From assembly GCA_910586205.1 (NCBI GenBank), contig CAJUGD010000014.1, positions 22,900 to 86,899 of the forward strand: a DNA stretch of 64,000 nt. The letters run 5' to 3'. The notes under the pieces were generated by a model. That model had not been told where the DNA came from. It did not search any database and saw only the letters and a program-made list of their open reading frames with translations. Both the position numbers and the translations under genes were made by a program. Positions 1-9,595 of the stretch are shown here, in pieces. How positions within the stretch are numbered: the first letter of the stretch is position 1; every line of letters starts with the position of its first letter. The DNA comes from an uncultured Lachnospiraceae bacterium (GTDB taxonomy: Bacteria > Bacillota > Clostridia > Lachnospirales > Lachnospiraceae).

Positions 1-158
1 GCACTGCATCGAAATCCAATATGTCTGATTCCTTCAGACAGTTCGCAAGCTTTGCAAAAAGCGGAGCGTACAATCTGAGCAATTACTATGCAGTATCCAT
101 GCTGAATATTTTAGTGTAGCGGCAGTATTTTCTGACAAAGCAAATAAGGAAGAAGGAT

Positions 159-188
159 ATCCGGCAGGGTTGCTGCCGGATATTTTTA
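159..188 (+). terminator. Rho-independent terminator of an upstream gene lying outside the window
   Basis: 9-bp perfect stem ATCCGGCAG/CTGCCGGAT with a 5-nt loop, followed by a T-run (TATTTTT). Confidence 0.5.
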
Positions 189-385
189 GGTGTGATGAAA
201 ATATGCCAGAATAAACGCATGAACGAACTTGAAACATTCCCTGGTGATTTGATGCATTTTAAGCATAAATATGTATCTGTGTTCCCAAACAAGGAAGACG
301 GTATCAGAGAAAAGGGATTTCAAAATATGCATGAATATGCCTTGTTTTCGTTCTTGTGTCTTTTTAAAAAATATACTCTTAGCAC

Positions 386-414
386 TTGACATAGAAAAAA
401 AATTGCGGCATAAT
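386..414 (+). promoter_or_regulatory. Sigma-70-like promoter candidate for the flagellar operon
   Basis: TTGACA, 17-nt spacer, CATAAT. Sits about 215 nt upstream of the flgB start. Confidence 0.45.
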
Positions 415-631
415 AATTAATATTCTATTCCAGGGAGGTTGGTTTCGAGGCAGTTGTCAGGGGGGCAGTCAGTGGGAGAGCCTCCCGATTTATTGTGCTG
501 CATTTGACACGTCAGAAGGCGTTGGAACCGACAGAAAAGAAGCTCTGGAAGAAAGTTACTATTGAAATTATGCAGTCTATCACGGAAAATGATACAAAGG
601 ATACAAGGAAGCAAAAGGAGGAGATAAGAGC

Positions 632-1024
632 ATGGTAGGGATATATGGGAACGGCGTGGCCCTGTCGGAGAAGGTTCTTGATTATTTGTGGGGAAGACAG
701 AGCGTATCGCTGTATAATATTGCAAATGTAGATACTCCTGGATTTAAATCCCAGTACATAACATTTGAGGAGGAGATGAGCCGGCGCCTGTCAGCGGCAA
801 GCAACAGGAGTACGGCTCCTAAGCGTGCCGTTTCCAATGCTATTGATGCGTCCCGCTATAAGCTGAATACCACTTGGGATGAGTCTTCCAGGTTAGACGG
901 GAACAATGTGGATATGGATCAGGAGCAGGTGGAGGTAGTCAGAACCGCATATCAGTACCAATATGTTCTTAATTCCATTAACAATGACATTAACCGTTTA
1001 AGAAGTGCGGCAAAAAGCTTCTAG
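632..1024 (+). CDS. flgB: Flagellar basal-body rod protein FlgB
   Basis: 130 aa. N-terminal rod signature ...SLYNIANVDTPGFK.... RBS AAAAGGAGGAG upstream. First gene of the flagellar cluster. Confidence 0.9.
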   Translation: MVGIYGNGVALSEKVLDYLWGRQSVSLYNIANVDTPGFKSQYITFEEEMSRRLSAASNRSTAPKRAVSNAIDASRYKLNTTWDESSRLDGNNVDMDQEQVEVVRTAYQYQYVLNSINNDINRLRSAAKSF

Positions 1025-1049
1025 GATCATATAATTACAGGAGGATATT

Positions 1050-1376
1050 ATGGACGGAGCGGCGTTTATTGTGCCTATGACCCCATGGGGACCCATTGGC
1101 ATAAACGGAGATTTGAATCAGGTTCAGCAGAACGCAGCAGCGGAAAGCGGAGAAGTGTCTTTGTTTAAAAGTGTTTTTAAGGATACAGTGGGACGGGTCA
1201 AGGAGACTCAGGCAGATGTGGAGCATAAGCAGTATTTGCTTATGACCGGACAGTTAGACGACGCCCATACGCTGCCCATTGCGGAGGCCAAGGCCGGGAT
1301 TGCCGTAGACGTTCTTATCACATTGCGCAATAAGACCATGGAATCTTATAACGAGCTTATCAAGATCAATGTCTAG
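1050..1376 (+). CDS. fliE: Flagellar hook-basal body complex protein FliE
   Basis: 108 aa. C-terminal helix ...LRNKTMESYNELIKINV is typical of FliE. Positioned before fliF. Confidence 0.85.
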   Translation: MDGAAFIVPMTPWGPIGINGDLNQVQQNAAAESGEVSLFKSVFKDTVGRVKETQADVEHKQYLLMTGQLDDAHTLPIAEAKAGIAVDVLITLRNKTMESYNELIKINV

Positions 1377-1414
1377 TTTTGTTTTTAAAGGTCGGACATT
1401 AATATAACAAAAGG

Positions 1415-3181
1415 TTGGATAAAGACGTGCAGAATTGGAAAGAAAGCTGGCAGAACATGCCGGCAAAAACCAGGACTCTTATAAAGGTGATCGCAGGGGG
1501 AACCGTGGCGATTGCCTTGATCGCCATAATTGCGCTGAATATGGGGAAGGATAAGGATTACAGTATCCTGTTTACAGGAATGAATCAGGAGGAGGCGCAG
1601 CAGGTAGTCAGTCTTTTGCAGGAGTCAAACATTGATTACCGCTATGACAACGGTGAGGGGGCCATAAGGGTGCCTTCCGCTACCGTAGACCAGACAAGGG
1701 CAAACCTGTTAAGCCAGGGTTATCCCAAAAGTGGTTTTACATACGATACCTATCTGAAGAATACGGGCCTTATGACCACGGAATCTGACAAAGAGCAGAT
1801 TACGGTCTATGAGCTGCAGGACCGCTTGGGGGCTCAGATTCGCCTTTTTGACGGGGTGCAGGACGCGAAGGTGACGATTGCCTTAGGGGGTGACAGACGC
1901 TTTGTGCTTGATGATGCGGATGAGGTGAATGCTTCTGCTTCTGTGGTGGTTACCATGCAGAACGGCAGCAGCTTGACTCCGGAAAAAGCTCAGGCGGTTA
2001 AAGGACTGATTTCCCATGCGGTCAGAGGGCTCAACATTACCGAGACGGCAGTGTATGATGCTGCCACCATGTTAGAGGTGGGAGGAGAAGGAGACGGATC
2101 CTCAGGCGGAGCTACAGATATTGCCGCTCTTACGACTATGGTGGAGAACAGTATCGCGGCCAACGTAAGACGGGTATTAGAGCAGCTTTACGGTTCGGGC
2201 AATGTGGCGGTCTCTGTAAAAGGAACCCTTAACATGGAACGGCTTATTCAGGAGAGTACCCAGTATACGACTCCGGATAAGATTGACGAGGAAGATAAGA
2301 CCGGGCTTTTGCAGCAGGAAAACCTGACGGACGAGAGCACTGTGTCGTCAAATCAGGGCGCAGGAGGATTGGTTGGCGCTGATGCCAATGCGGATACTCC
2401 CCGGTATACCAATGAGAACGGTACAGGCCAGGTAAATGACAGCTATTCCAACAACAGTTCCTCAAGAATCTGGCTTTATAATATGTTGAAGGAGCAAAGG
2501 CAGGTTGATCCCGGGATGCTGCAGGATGCCTCCATTGGTGTGGTAATTATTACAGATACGGAAAAAGATGAGGTACAGCAGCAGAACCTGCTTCGTCTGG
2601 TAGCCAATTCTGCCGGTATTCCGGTAGATATTATGGATCAGAAAATTACCATTGTCCGTTCCAATCCTCCGACTGTGGATGTGGAAGGCACCGGCGATGA
2701 CGTCGAAAAGCCGGTTGGCGGTGAAGGCGAAGTAGAGACAAAGCTGCCCCTTGCGCTTTTGATTGCCATCGGCGCCGGTGTACTGCTTCTGCTCTTGCTG
2801 CTCTTGCTGCTCCTGCTTCGTTCCAGACGGAAGAAGAAGCTTGTTCTGGAAGGCGGAGAGATTGGTGAAGGTGAGCTGACGGCAGGCGGCGAGGGTCTGG
2901 TGAGTGAAGACGGCGAACTTTTGGGCGGAGAAGGCATGGAGGGATCAGATATGCACAGAATGCCGGGTATGCCTGAAGATGAGGAAGATGAATTTGCCAA
3001 GAGTGAAGAAATTCTTAATCTTCGGATGCAGCGCAGCCTGCGTCTGAAGCAGAATATTTCGGAATTTGTAGACCAGAATCCGCAGATTGCGGCGAAGCTT
3101 GTACAGACCTGGCTGAGAGGGGAGGATAATGATGGCAGTGACAGAAGAAAGTCTTCTGGGGCTAGAAAGCAGTCCAGATAG
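1415..3181 (+). CDS. fliF: Flagellar M-ring protein FliF
   Basis: 588 aa. N-terminal TM, YscJ/FliF-like ring region, second TM (poly-Leu run), acidic Gly/Glu-rich cytoplasmic tail. Start is uncertain (TTG 1415, GTG 1427 or ATG 1457). Confidence 0.9.
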   Translation: MDKDVQNWKESWQNMPAKTRTLIKVIAGGTVAIALIAIIALNMGKDKDYSILFTGMNQEEAQQVVSLLQESNIDYRYDNGEGAIRVPSATVDQTRANLLSQGYPKSGFTYDTYLKNTGLMTTESDKEQITVYELQDRLGAQIRLFDGVQDAKVTIALGGDRRFVLDDADEVNASASVVVTMQNGSSLTPEKAQAVKGLISHAVRGLNITETAVYDAATMLEVGGEGDGSSGGATDIAALTTMVENSIAANVRRVLEQLYGSGNVAVSVKGTLNMERLIQESTQYTTPDKIDEEDKTGLLQQENLTDESTVSSNQGAGGLVGADANADTPRYTNENGTGQVNDSYSNNSSSRIWLYNMLKEQRQVDPGMLQDASIGVVIITDTEKDEVQQQNLLRLVANSAGIPVDIMDQKITIVRSNPPTVDVEGTGDDVEKPVGGEGEVETKLPLALLIAIGAGVLLLLLLLLLLLLRSRRKKKLVLEGGEIGEGELTAGGEGLVSEDGELLGGEGMEGSDMHRMPGMPEDEEDEFAKSEEILNLRMQRSLRLKQNISEFVDQNPQIAAKLVQTWLRGEDNDGSDRRKSSGARKQSR

Positions 3182-4202
3182 TAAGATGGATGGAGAGCCC
3201 ATTACCGACGCCAAAAGCAAGGCGGCTTTGGTGGTGGTGTCTTTAGGAGCTGACCGGGCATCTCAGATTTATAAGTATCTGAACGAACAGGACATTGAAG
3301 ACCTTACCTATGAGGTGGCAAAGCTGGGCAAGACCGGCAACGCTCAGGTGGAGGCGGTGCTGGATGAATTTTATAAATTGTGTCTGACCCATAAGATGAT
3401 GACGGACGGCGGACTTGATTATGCCAGGAACGTACTGGAAAAGGCGTTTGGTGAGTCCACAGCCAGGAATCTTTTGGAGAAGGTTTCCAAGACCCTTCAG
3501 TCCAAGCCGTTTAACTTCTTTACCAAGGGAGATCCCAAGGCGCTGTTCTCCCTGCTGCAGAATGAGCGGCCGCAGGTGATTGCCCTGATCCTTGCCTATA
3601 TGGATGCCATGCAGGCGGCTCAGGTTTTGGAGGAGCTGCCGGATGACAAGCGGATTCAGACTGTGGAGAGCATGGCCAGAATGGATCGGGTCTCTCCCGA
3701 AGCCATTGCCATTGTAGAAGAAGAAATGAAGCGGAAGTTTGCTACCATCATTACCAGCGAGGACAATATGAGCCTGGGCGGTATCGACTATGTGGCGGAT
3801 ATGATGAACCATGTGGACCGCAGCAGCGAGAGAAAGATATTCGAGGAGCTGGGAAAACGCAATCCGGAGCTGGCTCAGAGCATTCGGGACAAAATGTTCG
3901 TCTTCGAGAATATTATGGATATGGACGATCGTTCCGTACAGCGTTTTGTCCGGGACTGCGACGCCAAGGATATCGTTTTTGCCCTGAAGAATGCTACGGA
4001 GGAGATGAAGACCATATTCTTCAGCAACATGTCCAAGCGTATGGTGGAGACCGTCAAGGGCGACTTGGAGATTACAACCAACGTAAGACTAAAAGACGTA
4101 GAAGAAGCGCAGCAGAGAATCGTCAATATTATCCGGAACTTAGAGGAGCAGGGTGAGGTAGTCATCAAGAAGGGAGGAGACAATGATGACATCATCGCTT
4201 AG
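3129..4202 (+). CDS. fliG: Flagellar motor switch protein FliG
   Basis: 357 aa. The ...KAALVVVSLGADRASQIYKYL... N-domain and conserved C-terminal torque-helix region are present. Overlaps the fliF end. ATG 3132 may be the true start, given the GGAGG spacing. Confidence 0.9.
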   Translation: MMAVTEESLLGLESSPDSKMDGEPITDAKSKAALVVVSLGADRASQIYKYLNEQDIEDLTYEVAKLGKTGNAQVEAVLDEFYKLCLTHKMMTDGGLDYARNVLEKAFGESTARNLLEKVSKTLQSKPFNFFTKGDPKALFSLLQNERPQVIALILAYMDAMQAAQVLEELPDDKRIQTVESMARMDRVSPEAIAIVEEEMKRKFATIITSEDNMSLGGIDYVADMMNHVDRSSERKIFEELGKRNPELAQSIRDKMFVFENIMDMDDRSVQRFVRDCDAKDIVFALKNATEEMKTIFFSNMSKRMVETVKGDLEITTNVRLKDVEEAQQRIVNIIRNLEEQGEVVIKKGGDNDDIIA

Positions 4203-5121
4203 GCGGGTCATTAAACAGCCGGACACTTCCGGTGCCTCTGTGATTGAACAGTTTATCCCTCCTAAGGAACAGGTCAGGGAGAGCCGTCAGACTACGGCCA
4301 GGGCCCCTTCCTTTCCCCGATACAGCAGGGACGGGAAAGAGCAGGGAGAATACCGTTCTGTCATAAAGTATTCCGGTCAGGATATGTTGAAAGAGGAAGA
4401 AGAACTAAAACAAAAGCGCAGAAAACAATCAGAGGATTTTGAAGAACCGGAAGATGATGTGATTATTCCGGAACCGGGCCAGGAGGCTGTAAAACAGTCG
4501 GAAGAAGATGCTGCAAAGCTTTTGGAAGATGCGAAAAGGGAGGCGGAAGAACTTCTTTCTGAAGCCTCCGGGGCAGCAGAAAAAGCGCGGGAGGAAGCCA
4601 GCCAGGCTGGATTTAGGGAAGGGTACGAGGCTGGTTACCGGGAGGGCAGCCAGAAGGCAGAGGCAGAGTGCCAGGAAGCTTTCCGCGCTGCGCTGGCATC
4701 CTTCCAGGCGGATATGCGCCAGGCCCTTAAGTCTGTGGATGCGGCAAAGGAGCGCTGCCTGCGCAGTTATTTGGATGAATTGAAAGATTGCGCGGTGGCA
4801 GTGGGAGAAAAGGTGATCCATATCAGCCTCCGCTCCAGCGGCGAGGTGATCAGACAGATGATCATCGCTGCCACAGAAAAGCTGAAAAAGACGGCCTGGG
4901 TCAAAATCTACATTGATAAATGTGATTATGACATGATGATGGAAGCGGATGCCGCCATTTTAGACGAGCTTTCCCACTTGTCGGACAATATTAAGTTTAT
5001 TGTTATGGATAAAGAGGACAGGGGAAGCTGTATAATCGAGATGCCGGAAGAAATTGTAGACGTGAGTGTTAATACTCAGATTGAAAATATTAAAGATATC
5101 CTGGAGAATGTGAGAGTATAG
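4183..5121 (+). CDS. fliH: Flagellar assembly protein FliH
   Basis: 312 aa. Charged Glu/Lys/Ala coiled-coil middle region and a FliH/YscL-like C-terminus. Lies between fliG and fliI and overlaps the fliG stop. Confidence 0.75.
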   Translation: MMTSSLRRVIKQPDTSGASVIEQFIPPKEQVRESRQTTARAPSFPRYSRDGKEQGEYRSVIKYSGQDMLKEEEELKQKRRKQSEDFEEPEDDVIIPEPGQEAVKQSEEDAAKLLEDAKREAEELLSEASGAAEKAREEASQAGFREGYEAGYREGSQKAEAECQEAFRAALASFQADMRQALKSVDAAKERCLRSYLDELKDCAVAVGEKVIHISLRSSGEVIRQMIIAATEKLKKTAWVKIYIDKCDYDMMMEADAAILDELSHLSDNIKFIVMDKEDRGSCIIEMPEEIVDVSVNTQIENIKDILENVRV

Positions 5122-5130
5122 GAGCCGCAT

Positions 5131-6432
5131 ATGTATGAGAAGATACCGCAGTTGATTGCCAAGTCAGAGACAATCAGCCATATTGGGAAAATTGAAAATG
5201 TGGTAGGCATGTCCATGGAGGCATCCGGCGGCAGATCCAGTATCGGGGATATTGTGATGATCTACAACGAAGAAGAAAACCGCCAGATGCCGGCGGAGGT
5301 GGTGGGCTTTAAGGACGGAAAGATTCAGCTTATGACTTATGAGGCCACCAGCGGTATTGCGTCGGGAAGCTTTGTGCGCAACACCAGGCGGAGGCTGAAG
5401 GTGCCGGTAGGTGATTTCTTAAGAGGCCGCATTATTAATGCTATGGGAGAGCCTATGGATGGGAAGGAGCCTTTTCCGGCCAGCCGTCATTATACCGTCA
5501 GCAGTCCTTATATCAACCCTTTAAACCGGCCGCCTATCAGAGAGCGTCTGGAGTTTGGGATTAAGGCCATTGACGGGCTGAACACCATTGGAAAGGGGCA
5601 GAGGATCGGAATCTTTGCCGGTTCCGGCGTAGGCAAGAGTACCCTTATGGGGATGATTGCCAAGAATGTAAAGACAGATATTAATGTGATCGCCCTGGTA
5701 GGGGAACGTGGACGTGAGGTGCTGGAATTTATCCAGAAGGATCTGGGAGAGGAAGGGATGCGCCGCTCTGTGCTGGTGGTAGCCACCTCTGACCAGCCGG
5801 CTATGCTTCGGATGAAATGTCCGCTTGTGGCCACAACCATTGCAGAGTATTTTAAGGATCAGGGCTATGATGTGCTTCTGATGATGGACTCTTTGACCCG
5901 TTATGCCATGGCACAGCGTGAAATCGGGCTTGCCATAGGTGAACCGCCCATTGCCAGAGGCTATACGCCGTCCATCTATGCAGAGTTTCCCAAACTTTTG
6001 GAGAGAAGCGGGAACTTTGGAAAGGGTTCCATTACAGGTGTATATACTGTGCTGGTGGAAGGGGACGATACCAATGAGCCGATTTCCGATACCGTGAGAG
6101 GTATTCTGGACGGACATATTGTTCTCAGCAGACAGCTTGCCAATGAAAATCATTTTCCTGCGATTGATATAGGAGCCAGCATTTCCAGATTGATGGTGGA
6201 GATTGTGCCGGAAGGACATCACCGGGTAGCAGCCAAATTCCGGAATCTGTTGGGAATCTACCAGAAGAATGCAGATTTGATATCCATCGGCGCATATAAA
6301 AGGGGAAGCAATCCGGCTCTTGACGAGGCGGTTATGAAAATAAATGAGATCAATGGTTTTCTCCAGCAGGGAATTAAGGAAAGCTTTACTTATGAGGAGA
6401 CCCTGCAGCGGATTGAGGCCATTACAGGCTGA
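5131..6432 (+). CDS. fliI: Flagellum-specific ATP synthase FliI
   Basis: 433 aa. Walker A GSGVGKST, Walker B LLMMDSLTR. Overall F1/T3SS ATPase pattern. Confidence 0.95.
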   Translation: MYEKIPQLIAKSETISHIGKIENVVGMSMEASGGRSSIGDIVMIYNEEENRQMPAEVVGFKDGKIQLMTYEATSGIASGSFVRNTRRRLKVPVGDFLRGRIINAMGEPMDGKEPFPASRHYTVSSPYINPLNRPPIRERLEFGIKAIDGLNTIGKGQRIGIFAGSGVGKSTLMGMIAKNVKTDINVIALVGERGREVLEFIQKDLGEEGMRRSVLVVATSDQPAMLRMKCPLVATTIAEYFKDQGYDVLLMMDSLTRYAMAQREIGLAIGEPPIARGYTPSIYAEFPKLLERSGNFGKGSITGVYTVLVEGDDTNEPISDTVRGILDGHIVLSRQLANENHFPAIDIGASISRLMVEIVPEGHHRVAAKFRNLLGIYQKNADLISIGAYKRGSNPALDEAVMKINEINGFLQQGIKESFTYEETLQRIEAITG

Positions 6433-6495
6433 CAGAAGAAAAGAAATGCTGCTTACCATAACAGATGAAAAGCAGCAGTCCGGGAGGAAGGAAAG

Positions 6496-6954
6496 GTGAA
6501 GCAATTTCAGTACAGACTTGAGACCGTGCTGGCCTACAAGACGCAGGTTCTTGATAATTTAAAGACAGAGCATGCGGCGATTCTGCAGGATGTGAACCGG
6601 AAGCAGGAAGAAATCCGGGGACTGAACCAGGAGCTGTCCGGTTATGAGAGCCAGTTTGACCAGGCTAAGGTAGAAGGAATCAGTATAGAGAGTTATCGGT
6701 TGTTTGATATGTGCATCGGCAGGATGGAGGAAATCATTGATCTTGAGAAGGAACGGCTGAAGGCGCTGAGAAAAAAAGAGGATGCCAAGAAGCAGGAGGT
6801 CATTGGGGCTAAGGTGGATACCTCAAAGTTTGAGAAGCTGAAAGAGAAAAAGTATCAGGAATACCAAAAGATAGCGGCAAAGGCAGACGAGATGTTTGTG
6901 GAGGAATTTGTGTCCAATACCTCGCTTCGGCAGAGAAGACAGCACAGAGGGTAG
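6496..6954 (+). CDS. fliJ: Flagellar export chaperone FliJ
   Basis: 152 aa coiled-coil protein immediately after fliI. GTG start with RBS GGGAGGAAGGAAAGG. Confidence 0.75.
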   Translation: MKQFQYRLETVLAYKTQVLDNLKTEHAAILQDVNRKQEEIRGLNQELSGYESQFDQAKVEGISIESYRLFDMCIGRMEEIIDLEKERLKALRKKEDAKKQEVIGAKVDTSKFEKLKEKKYQEYQKIAAKADEMFVEEFVSNTSLRQRRQHRG

Positions 6955-7166
6955 GAAAGACAGTACAGGTGAGACTGTCACGATGTAAAAAAGTAGTAAT
7001 AAAATGATCTTTTGTAACGTATAAAGTAGAATTTTGATTTTATTTGTGTTATAGTTATAGAGATACGGCAGAAGTGGGCCCTAATGGGGCATTTCTTTTG
7101 AATAGGGGTAATCACAGTTTAAGGCTGTTGATTATAGATTATTATAGGAAGGAAAGGAGGGATTTA

Positions 7167-8408
7167 GTGGAAGCATCAGTGAAAGTGCAGAGCACAGCGT
7201 CAGTCAGGACATCTGCAGCAGGACGTCTGCCGTCAGTCGATACGTCGGCAGGAGGCAGCGGCTTTCGCCAGCTTCTCCAGGTAAAGAAGGATGCGGCGGA
7301 TGTAAAAGGACAAAACCAGACAGATAAGTCAGGAAAGCCGGACAGCATAAATCAGACAGACAAGAAGACCTCTGAAAGTGATGAGGCCGGAAAAGCTTCT
7401 GAGAGCAAGAAGGATGAGACAAAGGTTCCGGATACTACAGATTCTGAGGATGCAGCCTGTCAGGAGGCGCTTCAGAGAGCAGCCTTAGAGCAGGCGGCGG
7501 CACAGATGGTCGGAATGGTTCAGGAGGAACCTGGGGCAGAGACACTTAAAATACCTGCGGCAGAATCCGTACAAGGGATAGAGCAGACAGGCCAGCAGAC
7601 GGCAGAAGCTTTGGCGGCCGGAGAACAGACGGCATCAGATTCTGCGGATATGATTCAAAATACAGGTCAGCAGATGGCAGCAGAAACCATGACGGCAAAG
7701 GAACCGGTCCAAAAGGACGGGGCGGAGAAGCCTGCAGAGCCGGTAAAGGAATCAGGGGATCCGTCAGAAGGCGTATCTCGTGTCAGGCAGCCTGCGGCAG
7801 AAGATAACCGTTCAGAGGTAAAAGCAGATACCAGCCGACAGCAGGGGCAGGACCTTTCAGATTCCGGCAGTGAGAACGGCAGAAGGATTCAGCAGACAGA
7901 AGATGGCAGCACACAGCAGATGGCGGGGGCAGGAGCATTTCGGGTATCCGGACAGCAGGAGCCCATGATCCATGACACAAGAGGAGAACAGATTCCTTTA
8001 AAGACCACACCGGATACATTGCCCGAGGATTTAGGAAAGACTTTAGCGGCAAAGCTTCCGGATACAGGAAAAACCCTGACCGTAGAGTTGGAGCCGGCTT
8101 CCCTTGGAAAGCTGACCATACGGCTTACTTATGAGGCAGGGCGGGCGGCAGTGTCCATATTGGCCACCAACCCAAGAACATTAGAGCTTCTTAACAGCAA
8201 GGCAGCGGAGATCGCGTCGATCCTGGAAGAAAAGACAGGGCAGGAGACAGTGATTCTCACCCAGGAGCCCCATGAACAGGAGCAGTATCAAGAGAGCAAG
8301 CACGGGAGCAGCCAGCAGGAAGAACAGGAGCAGGGACAGCAAAGAAAAGAAAAACCGGCACATCAAAGCGATTCCTTTGCCCAGCAGCTTCGGTTAGGGC
8401 TGGTATAA
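7167..8408 (+). CDS. fliK: Flagellar hook-length control protein FliK-like
   Basis: Low-complexity Gln/Ala/Glu-rich protein with a C-terminal Flg_hook-like block (...LTVELEPASLGKLTIRLTYEAGRAAVSILATNPRTLELL...). Start moved to GTG 7167 behind RBS AAAGGAGGG. The ORF-track start at 7044 has no RBS. Confidence 0.75.
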   Translation: MEASVKVQSTASVRTSAAGRLPSVDTSAGGSGFRQLLQVKKDAADVKGQNQTDKSGKPDSINQTDKKTSESDEAGKASESKKDETKVPDTTDSEDAACQEALQRAALEQAAAQMVGMVQEEPGAETLKIPAAESVQGIEQTGQQTAEALAAGEQTASDSADMIQNTGQQMAAETMTAKEPVQKDGAEKPAEPVKESGDPSEGVSRVRQPAAEDNRSEVKADTSRQQGQDLSDSGSENGRRIQQTEDGSTQQMAGAGAFRVSGQQEPMIHDTRGEQIPLKTTPDTLPEDLGKTLAAKLPDTGKTLTVELEPASLGKLTIRLTYEAGRAAVSILATNPRTLELLNSKAAEIASILEEKTGQETVILTQEPHEQEQYQESKHGSSQQEEQEQGQQRKEKPAHQSDSFAQQLRLGLV

Positions 8409-8492
8409 GATGTGCAGGCAGAGACGATATCCGGGACAGCAGGAGAAGACAGGCAGAGAGGATATCGGAGCAGAGACAGAAAAGGAGACAAG

Positions 8493-9095
8493 ATGGCAGA
8501 CAGTTTAGGAGTCAGCGGAACCTCGGATCCGTATACACGTTATTCGTATACAGCTCAGGCAAATGACAAAAATACCATAACCATGACCGGCTTTTTCCAG
8601 CTTTTGGCGACTCAGCTCCAAAACCAGGATATGACCAATCCCATGGATAACAGCGAGATCATGGCACAGATGACCCAGATGGCGATGGTGCAGGCCATGA
8701 CCACCATGACAGACACCATGAAGAACTCTTCAGCGATCAATACTCAGACCTATGCCGCAGGGCTTGTAGGCCAGGAAGTGACCATGGCGGTGACGCAAAA
8801 AAATATTTATGGACAAGAGGAGCCGGTAGATGTAAAATATGCTAAGGTGGAATGGGTAAACTTTACATCAGGAGATCCTACCATAAAGCTTGAGGGAGAC
8901 GACAAAGAATATAATCTGGTGCATTTAGTAGGTATGGGTAAGGTGCCCAATCCTTTTGGGACGCCTGAAACAGATGAGGATGGCGACAAGGATGATTCCG
9001 GAGAAGATGGCAGTGTAGGAAAGCCGGAGGAATCAGGAAAACCAGATACAGAGCCGGACAACGGTTTAGCCAAGACACGAAATGCTTTGATTTAA
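8493..9095 (+). CDS. flgD: Flagellar hook assembly (capping) protein FlgD
   Basis: FlgD N-terminal signature ...FFQLLATQLQNQDMTNPMDNSEIMAQMTQMAMVQ.... ATG 8493 follows RBS AAAGGAGA. Confidence 0.85.
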   Translation: MADSLGVSGTSDPYTRYSYTAQANDKNTITMTGFFQLLATQLQNQDMTNPMDNSEIMAQMTQMAMVQAMTTMTDTMKNSSAINTQTYAAGLVGQEVTMAVTQKNIYGQEEPVDVKYAKVEWVNFTSGDPTIKLEGDDKEYNLVHLVGMGKVPNPFGTPETDEDGDKDDSGEDGSVGKPEESGKPDTEPDNGLAKTRNALI

Positions 9096-9125
9096 AAAGA
9101 AAACGCTTTTGGAAAGAGGAAAGAT

Positions 9126-9506
9126 ATGGATGTGAAAGGAATGCGCGTATATGAGAACGGCATGTCCGGCATCCCCCACCAGAACAGCATGATACCAGGG
9201 ACAGGGGAGCGCCAGACAGGCTTTGATGAGCTTCTCCAGGAGAAGGCAAAGGTGGGCCTGAATTTTTCCAAGCATGCAGCAAAAAGGCTGGGCGAGCGGG
9301 GAATCTCCGTGGACAATCAGCTTATGAGCGACTTAGAACACGCTGTGGAGGGCGCCAGGAAAAAAGGGGCCAAAGATGTGGCCATTATCGGAGCTCAGGG
9401 AGTGTTCATTGTCAATGTTCCCAACAATATGGTTGTGACAACCATGGGACAGCAGGATATGAAGGAACGAGTTTTCACAAATATTGATAGTGCCGTCCTA
9501 TTGTAA
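9126..9506 (+). CDS. Conserved flagellar operon protein found between flgD and flgE in Firmicutes
   Basis: 126 aa with ...NFSKHAAKRLGERGIS.... Its position between flgD and flgE is typical of the small 'flagellar operon protein' family. Assignment is from memory of that family. Confidence 0.6.
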   Translation: MDVKGMRVYENGMSGIPHQNSMIPGTGERQTGFDELLQEKAKVGLNFSKHAAKRLGERGISVDNQLMSDLEHAVEGARKKGAKDVAIIGAQGVFIVNVPNNMVVTTMGQQDMKERVFTNIDSAVLL

Positions 9507-9595
9507 GCAGGACCTCGAAATGAGGATGTTTGTCCCGTCTGTCAGATGGGCAGGCGGGAAGGGACGGAAGCTGTAGGGAAAGGAAAAGAAAGATT

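Noticed and set aside
5521-6504. 327-aa ORF on the minus strand
   Set aside because: It lies entirely antisense to the well-supported fliI gene. Its composition is nonsense-like (His/Arg/Cys/Ser-rich). It is a shadow ORF.
7044-7166. N-terminal extension of FliK from the ORF-track start
   Set aside because: The start at 7044 is non-ATG without an RBS and runs through AT-rich intergenic-looking sequence. GTG 7167 has a strong RBS (AAAGGAGGG).
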